The position numbers and the translations under genes are program-made. From Leptolyngbyaceae cyanobacterium CSSed165cm_216 (GTDB taxonomy: Bacteria; Cyanobacteriota; Cyanobacteriia; Phormidesmidales; Phormidesmidaceae), in contig SLIY01000466.1 in the NCBI GenBank assembly GCA_007135385.1, positions 1 to 32,927 on the forward strand: a stretch of DNA of 32,927 nt, in the 5' to 3' direction. The notes beneath the pieces were generated by a model. That model was not told the DNA's origin and ran no database searches. It saw only the letters and a program-made list of their open reading frames with translations. This document shows, piece after piece, positions 26,453 to 32,927 of this stretch; within the stretch, counting starts at the first letter, position 1; each line of letters begins with the position of its first letter.

Positions 26453-29203
26453 ATGGCTGATCCTTCAGTGCCCATGCTCGATCCAGCCTACGATATTTGG
26501 CGGGCTGATCGTCAGCCCCTAGGGGCCTTGTTTGCCCCTAAGACAGTGGCGGTGGTGGGGGCCACCGATCGCCCGGGCAGTGTCGGTCGTACCCTACTGT
26601 GGAACCTGATTAGCTCCCCCTTTGGCGGTACGGTGTTTCCGGTTAACCCGAAGCGGCAAAGTGTGCTGGGTATTCGAGCCTACCGTCATCTACAGGAGGT
26701 GCCCGCAGCGATCGATTTGGTGCTGATGGCCACCCCTGCGGCCACCATCCCCGATTTAATTGCCGATGCGGTGGCGGTTGGGGCTAAGGGAGCTGCGGTG
26801 TTGTCTGCCGGCTTTAAGGAGACAGGCCCCGATGGCGCTGCCCTAGAGGCCCAAATTCAAGCCCACCTGCGCTCCAGTTCCCTACGGTTGCTGGGGCCTA
26901 ACTGTATGGGCATTATGAACCCTCGCACAGGGCTGAATGCCACCTTTGCCAGTCGATTAGCCCGCCCTGGTCATGTGGGCTTTATCAGCCAATCAGGGGC
27001 GCTATGCAGCGCTGTTTTAGACTGGAGCCGGCAAGAAAATGTAGGCTTTAGTGCCTTTGTCTCTGTGGGCTCGATGCTGGATGTTACCTGGGGAGATTTG
27101 ATTACCCATCTGGGCAATGACCCCCACACCCACAGCATCGTCATGTACATGGAGTCGATTGGGGATGCCCGCTCGTTTTTGTCGGCTGCTCGGGAAGTGG
27201 CCCTGACGAAACCGATGATTGTGATTAAGGCGGGCCGCACTCCTCAGGCGGCCGAGGCAGCGGTATGTCATACGGGTACCTTGGCCGGTCGTGATGCGGT
27301 CCTGGATGCCGCCTTTCGCCGCTGTGGGGTGCTGCGGGTAGACCAAATTTCCGACTTGTTTGACCTAGCGGAGGTGCTGGCTAAGCAAACCCGGCGGCCC
27401 CAGGGGCAGCGCCTGACAATTATTACCAATGCCGGGGGGCCGGGGGTACTGGCCACCGATGCCCTGGTGGCTACTGGTGGAGAATTGGCGACCCTATCGG
27501 CGGAAACCCTGGCTACCCTGAACCAGTGCCTGCCCTCCCATTGGAGCCACCGCAACCCTATCGACATCCTGGAGGATGCCGACCCCGATCGCTATACTCA
27601 CGCCATCCAAGGGGCCATGCATGACCCCAATAGCGATGGCTTGCTGGTGATTTTGTCTCCCCAGGCGATGACTAACCCCACCCAAACCGCTGAGCGCTTG
27701 CAGCAGTTGGCCAAGTCCGCCCCTAAACCTGTACTCGCCAGTTGGATGGGCGGGGCTGACGTCACCCAAGGGGAAATGATCCTGAACCAGGCGGGCATCG
27801 CCACCTATCGCTACCCCGATGCTGCCTCCCGACTGTTTAATGCCATGGGGCGTTACAGCTATACCCTCCAAGCCTTGTACGAAACCCCAGCCCTGGTCGA
27901 CGATGGGGGCCACAGCCGCGATCGCTCTGATCGTGCTGTCATCGCTGGACTGGTGGACCAAGCCCTAGCCGAGGGGCGATCGCTATTGACTGAGTTGGAG
28001 GCTAAGGCCATGCTGCGGGCCTACGGCATTCCAGCGGTGGAATCATCCCTAGCCACCACTGCCGCTGCCGCCATGGCCCAGGCCGAGCGGCTGGGCTGGC
28101 CGGTGGTGGTGAAGCTGGTCTCCCCTACCCTGACCCATAAACGGCAGGTGGCTGGGGTCCGCCTTAACCTCTGTTGTGGCGAGGCGGTGGAGGCCGCCTT
28201 TGCAGACATCGCTACCACCATTACCAGCCAGTACGGACCTGAGGCCTTTACCGGGGTGACGGTGCAGCCGATGGTGCAGCGGCAGCAGGGGATTGAACTG
28301 ATTTTGGGGAGCAGTCTAGACCCCCAGTTTGGTCCAGTGATTGTGTTTGGGGCGGGGGGCTCTCAGGTGCAACTCCTACAAGATAGTGCAGTGGCCCTGC
28401 CCCCCCTGAATACCACCCTGGCTCGCCGCCTAATCGAACGTACTCGCCTCTACCCGATCTTGACGTCCCACGGTGATTTTGACCTGGCAGAGCTAGAACG
28501 CCTACTGGTGCGGCTAAGCCAACTGGTGATTGAACAACCCCGAATTAAAGCCCTAGATATCAATCCCCTGCTGTTTACCCCCGCTTCCCCTGGCCTGATT
28601 GCCCTGGATGCCCGCATCCAACTGCATCCCCCCGAACTAGACCTGGCCCAACTGCCCCGACCGGCCATCCGCCCCTACCCCAGCCAATACATCAAAGCCT
28701 GGCAACTCCGGGACGGTACCCCGGTGACGCTGCGGCCCATCCGACCCGAGGATGAACCCTTGATCGTCCAATTCCACCATTCCCTGTCGGAAGAAAGCGT
28801 CTATTTCCGCTACTTTCATCTGATGGCTTTAAATCACCGCATTGCCCACGATCGCCTCACCCGGATCTGCTTTATCGACTACGATCGCGAGATGGCCCTT
28901 GTTGCCGACCGCCATGATCCCATCAGTGGCCAACACCAGATCTTGGCGGTGGGCCGCCTCAGCAAATGCCACGGCCTCAATCAGGCGGAATTTGCCCTAT
29001 TAGTCAGCGATGCCCAACAGCACCAGGGCTTAGGTAGTGAACTCCTGAAGCAATTAATCCAGGTGGGGCGCGACGAAGGGTTGGCCGCCATCACCGCCGA
29101 CATTTTGCGGCAAAACCGGGCCATGCAGCGGGTCTGCGAAAAGCTGGGGTTCAGATTAACCCGATCGCCCGATGGCACACGGGCAGAACTGCGATTACCG
29201 TAG
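26453..29203 (+). CDS. Acyl-CoA synthetase (NDP-forming)-like / ATP-grasp / C-terminal GNAT fusion (Pat/PatZ-type architecture)
   Basis: CoA-binding 'VAVVGAT', 'GPNCMG', 'SQSGA', 'HTGTLAG', 'TNAGGPGV', 'DINPL'. GNAT 'LRPIRPED...[17 protein letters not shown]'. Confidence 0.9.
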   Translation: MADPSVPMLDPAYDIWRADRQPLGALFAPKTVAVVGATDRPGSVGRTLLWNLISSPFGGTVFPVNPKRQSVLGIRAYRHLQEVPAAIDLVLMATPAATIPDLIADAVAVGAKGAAVLSAGFKETGPDGAALEAQIQAHLRSSSLRLLGPNCMGIMNPRTGLNATFASRLARPGHVGFISQSGALCSAVLDWSRQENVGFSAFVSVGSMLDVTWGDLITHLGNDPHTHSIVMYMESIGDARSFLSAAREVALTKPMIVIKAGRTPQAAEAAVCHTGTLAGRDAVLDAAFRRCGVLRVDQISDLFDLAEVLAKQTRRPQGQRLTIITNAGGPGVLATDALVATGGELATLSAETLATLNQCLPSHWSHRNPIDILEDADPDRYTHAIQGAMHDPNSDGLLVILSPQAMTNPTQTAERLQQLAKSAPKPVLASWMGGADVTQGEMILNQAGIATYRYPDAASRLFNAMGRYSYTLQALYETPALVDDGGHSRDRSDRAVIAGLVDQALAEGRSLLTELEAKAMLRAYGIPAVESSLATTAAAAMAQAERLGWPVVVKLVSPTLTHKRQVAGVRLNLCCGEAVEAAFADIATTITSQYGPEAFTGVTVQPMVQRQQGIELILGSSLDPQFGPVIVFGAGGSQVQLLQDSAVALPPLNTTLARRLIERTRLYPILTSHGDFDLAELERLLVRLSQLVIEQPRIKALDINPLLFTPASPGLIALDARIQLHPPELDLAQLPRPAIRPYPSQYIKAWQLRDGTPVTLRPIRPEDEPLIVQFHHSLSEESVYFRYFHLMALNHRIAHDRLTRICFIDYDREMALVADRHDPISGQHQILAVGRLSKCHGLNQAEFALLVSDAQQHQGLGSELLKQLIQVGRDEGLAAITADILRQNRAMQRVCEKLGFRLTRSPDGTRAELRLP

Positions 29204-29292
29204 CCGTGGCCCAGCCTTTGCTACCCTAAAGGGTACCAACCTACCGATCAATTGCTTTCCCTCTGTCTGAACTGTCTAGGTTTATCCGATCC

Positions 29293-29682
29293 ATGGTTAC
29301 GTCTTCCCCTCCGTCTGTGGGCCTCGCTAACAACCCGTCCTCCCCTAGCCACTCGACTACGGCCAACGCCGTAGTGGCCAAGTTTAAGGCCCTCGCCGAC
29401 CCCCTGCGGTTTGAGGTGGTTGAACTGCTGCGGCAACAGGAAATGTGCGTCTGTGACCTATGCGATCGCCTCGGGGTGGCCCAATCCAAGCTATCGTTTC
29501 ACCTCAAGACCCTGCGCCAGGCCGAGTTAATTACCGCCCGCCAAGCTGGTCGCTGGATGTATTACAGCCTTAATCTGGCGGCCTTTCAAGGGTTAGACGA
29601 CTACCTGCAGGGGGTCAGCCAATGCCGCCCTGGCCAGCCCGCCCCCCCCTGCCCACCACCACCCCAGGACGACACCCCCTAG
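29293..29682 (+). CDS. ArsR/SmtB family metalloregulator (alpha3 CVCDLC type)
   Basis: 'FKALADPLR', 'EMCVCDLC', 'QSKLSFHLKTL', 'GRWMYYSL'. Confidence 0.9.
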   Translation: MVTSSPPSVGLANNPSSPSHSTTANAVVAKFKALADPLRFEVVELLRQQEMCVCDLCDRLGVAQSKLSFHLKTLRQAELITARQAGRWMYYSLNLAAFQGLDDYLQGVSQCRPGQPAPPCPPPPQDDTP

Positions 29683-29696
29683 AACGCCGCTACAGC

Positions 29697-29758
29697 AACC
29701 CGGTTTCTGGGGCAGAAGGCCAGTCATGTCATTAGAGCAGCGACGAAGAAACCGGGTT
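29697..29758. repeat. Perfect 12-bp inverted repeat with a 38-nt interior
   Basis: AACCCGGTTTCT (29697-29708) / AGAAACCGGGTT (29747-29758). Confidence 0.72.
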
Positions 29759-29887
29759 TTTAGCCATACTGTACCGATGCTCTAGGGCTGGCTGTTGCTA
29801 CGGCTAACCATTACAACTGATCGTGACAACGGCAACTTAAAGCCCGCCTCAGCCCGTAAGCTGGAGAAGCTAGCCAAAGAACACACT

Positions 29888-30280
29888 ATGACTACTCCTT
29901 CTGTACCAACCCGCGATATCACCACAGTGCCAACGTTGGTCAACGCCTATGGGGCTGGCCAGCGCAACTTCGAATACTTGGCCCTACCTGACGCTGACCT
30001 GAGTGGGATCGACCTCAAAGGCACCGATCTGAGCTATGCCGATTTGAGCGGTGCCAATTTGCAGAACGCCAACCTACGGGGGGCTGACCTCAGCTATGCC
30101 AACCTCAGCTATGCCAACCTAACGGGTATTGATTTGCGGGGTGCCATGCTGATTGGTACCGATCTGCGCACCGCTACCCTCACCGCCGCCCAACTCCATG
30201 CCGCTGACTATGACCCAGAAGAGACCCACTTCCCCCCAGGGTTTGACCCAGTGCAACAGGGGCTAAAGGCCGATCGGTAG
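29888..30280 (+). CDS. Small pentapeptide repeat protein
   Basis: 'YGAGQRNF' leader, ADLS/ANLS repeats, 'YD..THFPPGFDP' tail. ATG at 29888. Confidence 0.9.
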   Translation: MTTPSVPTRDITTVPTLVNAYGAGQRNFEYLALPDADLSGIDLKGTDLSYADLSGANLQNANLRGADLSYANLSYANLTGIDLRGAMLIGTDLRTATLTAAQLHAADYDPEETHFPPGFDPVQQGLKADR

Positions 30281-30485
30281 TCTCTAGGGTACCGATGTCA
30301 ATCCCCTCACGAAATCGGTGAGTTAGGTTACGATAACCCTGATAGGCGACCCCACTGGCCAGCGGCAACCCTGTGCAATCAGCCGCCATTGTTGACATTG
30401 TCTTGGGGCTAAAGGCTGCTTTGGCCTGATTATGTCTTTAGCCTGAAGACAGTAATGCGATCTAGCCCTCCTTAAGGAAACCACG

Positions 30486-32132
30486 ATGGTATCCTCCTCT
30501 CGTTTATCCCGGCAGCGGGAAATTGTCGAAGTTGTGCTCAGCCATGGCTGGGACTATATGCGGCGGCTATTGATGGGGGGGAAGACCGATGAACCCGATT
30601 TACCTCCTCCGGCGGTGCTGCGCAATATTTTGACCGATTTGGGGCCTGTGTATGTGAAGCTGGGCCAATTGCTGAGCACCCGACCCGACCTGCTGCCCAC
30701 CAGCTACATTGAGGAACTGAGCAGCCTACAGACAACAGTCCCCGCTGTGCCTGCCGAAGATATTGAGCAACAAATTCGGCGATCGCTGCCCCAGCCTCCA
30801 GAGGACATTTTTGAAAGTTTGGACTACACCGCGATCGCCGCAGGATCGATCGCCCAAACCCATCGGGCCACCCTCAAAGACGGCCGACCGGTTGCCCTAA
30901 AGGTCCAACGCCCTGGCATCGAACGCCAGGTGGAGCGAGACATGGGGTTGATTCGGGACATTGCCCGGCTGGTGTCAACCACCCAGTTTGGCCAACGCTA
31001 CAACGTGGTGGAGTTAGCGGATGAGTTTGCCGATGCCCTCAATGCCGAACTAGACTTTACCACCGAAGCCCACTATACCGACCAACTGCGCCGTAACCTA
31101 TCCAATAGCCACTGGTACAACCCAGAGCAATTGGTCGTGCCTGAAATCTTCTGGGATTTGACCAATTCCACCCTAATGGCCATGGAGTGGCTCGATGGCC
31201 GCCCTCTGCTCAAGGCCGACATTGTCGCTACCAGCCAGGTAGGCAGTGCCACAGCCGTGCGCGAACAGGCCAGTCGACTGCTGTTCAGGGCGTTCTTCAA
31301 GCAGTACTTTGTGGATGGCTTTTTTCACGCTGACCCCCATCCTGGCAACATCTTCTATCTCCAAGATGGCCGTATTGCTTTACTGGACTGCGGTATGATG
31401 GGCCACCTTGATCCCCGCACCCGCAACAGCATGACCGAAATGGTGCTGGCCATTGTTAACTGCGATGCCCAGCGCTGCACCCAATTGACCTTGCAGTTGG
31501 CCGAACCTATGGCACCGGTTAACCTGGCTCGCTTGGAAAGTGACTACACCCGACTCCTGGGTCGCTACTATGGCCTCAGCCTCGAGCAAATTAACACAGC
31601 AGAGGTTTTTAGCGAAATTTTGGGGGCAGGGGTGCGCAATAATCTGCGCTGGCCCGCGAATGTGGGGCTATTCACCAAATCCATGGCCAACCTAGAGGGG
31701 GCGGCTCGCCAGTTCTACCCCGGCATTAACCTGTTAGATGAAATTCGCCCGCTGATGGCAGACCTGTTTCGTCAGCAGATGGTCGGCGATGACCCCGTCC
31801 AGGCTCTGCTACGGACTGGCTTAGAGTTTCGTAACCTCTCCTTGAGTTCCCCGAGGCAGTTTGGGTTTTTGCTCGATCGCCTCAGTTCAGAACAGTTGAA
31901 GTGGAACCTCAGTCTTCAGGGCATCGATGACCTGCGGCATAGCATAGATGATGCGGCTAACCGGCGGGCCTTTAGTACGGTGATTGCCGCCCTCATTATC
32001 GGGGCCGCCATTGTCTCCACCGGCCAGCAAACCTCTGAGGGGCAGATCCTCAGCATTATTTTGTTTGTGGCGGCTAGCTTGCTAGGGCTGTGGCTAGTGG
32101 TCAGTATTTTGCGATCGGGGCGGCTGCGATAG
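30486..32132 (+). CDS. ABC1/UbiB/AarF family atypical kinase
   Basis: 'LGPVYVKLGQLLSTRPD' (KxGQ), 'AAGSIAQTH', 'VALKVQRP', 'FHADPHPGN', 'LDCGM'. Two C-terminal TM helices. Confidence 0.94.
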   Translation: MVSSSRLSRQREIVEVVLSHGWDYMRRLLMGGKTDEPDLPPPAVLRNILTDLGPVYVKLGQLLSTRPDLLPTSYIEELSSLQTTVPAVPAEDIEQQIRRSLPQPPEDIFESLDYTAIAAGSIAQTHRATLKDGRPVALKVQRPGIERQVERDMGLIRDIARLVSTTQFGQRYNVVELADEFADALNAELDFTTEAHYTDQLRRNLSNSHWYNPEQLVVPEIFWDLTNSTLMAMEWLDGRPLLKADIVATSQVGSATAVREQASRLLFRAFFKQYFVDGFFHADPHPGNIFYLQDGRIALLDCGMMGHLDPRTRNSMTEMVLAIVNCDAQRCTQLTLQLAEPMAPVNLARLESDYTRLLGRYYGLSLEQINTAEVFSEILGAGVRNNLRWPANVGLFTKSMANLEGAARQFYPGINLLDEIRPLMADLFRQQMVGDDPVQALLRTGLEFRNLSLSSPRQFGFLLDRLSSEQLKWNLSLQGIDDLRHSIDDAANRRAFSTVIAALIIGAAIVSTGQQTSEGQILSIILFVAASLLGLWLVVSILRSGRLR

Positions 32133-32137
32133 CCGGG

Positions 32138-32695
32138 CTAGTCAGGTTCCCAAGCCTCGATCACACGACCAGGGCTGATAAATGATAGCCCCTGCTGGGA
32201 CGAAGTGCTGACCATCACGGCTTCTATCACTGGGTCGCTGACGGGGGTGCTGGCCTGCCACATAATCACAAAGTTCGCCCCTACCCCAGCCGGATCACCC
32301 TTGGGAACCACAACCTCGGTGGAGGCTAGCGGGTCCAGCTGAATCGGTTGATCGAGAAAACCACTGACTAACTCCCCCGCACTGTTGTAGTAATCGATAG
32401 CGGCGATCGCGATGGTGGCCTCTCTATCCGTGTTGCGCAGACTGAGGGTGGTGGTTAGGGGAAAGGTGCGATCGCGATTCGACTCGTAAATTGCAGAATA
32501 TACCGGTACATAAACCACCTGCCCCGTTACCGACTCGGGCAATGACTCTGGGGCCAGTACCGTCACCCCCGGCACTGCCGCAAAGCGCTCCGCCGTGGGG
32601 ACTTCTGTTGTGGTCTGTTCAGCCGTAGATTGGGGAGTACAGGCCACAGCCCCCCAAACCAAGAGCCCCATGCTGATCCACTTTGCTGTTGCCAT
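32138..32695 (-). CDS. DUF3124-like lipoprotein
   Basis: Lipobox-like AVAC; 'GQVVYVPVYSAIY', 'LSLRNTD', 'GVGANFVIMW', 'PVIEAVM'. Confidence 0.82.
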   Translation of the reverse strand: MATAKWISMGLLVWGAVACTPQSTAEQTTTEVPTAERFAAVPGVTVLAPESLPESVTGQVVYVPVYSAIYESNRDRTFPLTTTLSLRNTDREATIAIAAIDYYNSAGELVSGFLDQPIQLDPLASTEVVVPKGDPAGVGANFVIMWQASTPVSDPVIEAVMVSTSSQQGLSFISPGRVIEAWEPD

Positions 32696-32730
32696 GGCTT
32701 TTCCCGGTTGTCTCTGGATCAGAGTAGCAG

Positions 32731-32800
32731 ATGGGGGAGTGGGGGAGGTGGGGGAGTGGATGGGTGGATGGGAAGGTGGGGGAGTTTTGAGTTTTGAGTT
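32731..32800 (-). repeat. Degenerate purine-rich 7/8-nt tandem repeats plus GAGTTTT repeats
   Basis: Reverse complement of the CCACTCCC / CTCAAAA tracts seen at 6974-7026 and 22321-22408. Confidence 0.7.
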
Positions 32801-32806
32801 GAAGAC

Positions 32807-32874
32807 GTAGCGTGGGTTAGGCGGCTGGGAATGGGGCTATTAACAGGCGCCTAAAGGCACCGCCGTAACCCACG
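32807..32874 (+). repeat. 68-nt GTAG-tagged bulged hairpin element, copy B
   Basis: GTAG-CGTGGGTTA-GGCG-[37 nt]-CGCC-G-TAACCCACG. Confidence 0.85.
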
Positions 32875-32927
32875 GTCGGGGGAGTGATGGAGTGGGGGAA
32901 AAATGAAGAACGTAGGGCGTAGCCTGC

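Noticed and set aside
30281-30485. Possible riboswitch or ncRNA upstream of the ABC1 kinase
   Set aside because: Only short hairpins; I recognised no known aptamer consensus.
6847-32874. CRISPR array suggested by 37-38-nt spacer-sized interiors
   Set aside because: The flanks are inverted rather than direct repeats, the copies are isolated singletons kilobases apart, and no cas genes are present.

Overview
Chromosomal, mostly housekeeping window from a GC-rich cyanobacterium. The HIP1 octamer GCGATCGC is abundant, and the genes and repeats suggest a filamentous Nodosilinea/Leptolyngbya-like lineage (inference). It holds the complete inducible CO2-uptake cluster ndhF3-ndhD3-cupA-cupS (NDH-1MS), preceded by a perfect ATAG-N8-CTAT NdhR/CcmR-type site and interrupted by an antisense NUDIX gene. 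Other genes: purK, uraD, gnd, cutA, a GH57/DUF3536 glycoside hydrolase, two orphan histidine kinases, a CBS protein next to an acyl-CoA ligase/GNAT fusion, an ArsR regulator, two pentapeptide-repeat proteins, an ABC1 kinase, an orphan RHH antitoxin-like gene and a coiled-coil/PLD-like/TPR protein. I found no rRNA, tRNA, transposase or CRISPR array. The most unusual signal is non-coding. Three 68-nt GTAG-tagged bulged hairpins have covarying arms and an exactly 37-nt interior. A second, unrelated inverted-repeat family has 37-38-nt interiors. Nested ~21-nt mini-elements and 7/8-nt tandem repeats fill many intergenic spacers. All assignments are from motif recognition by eye; no searches were run.
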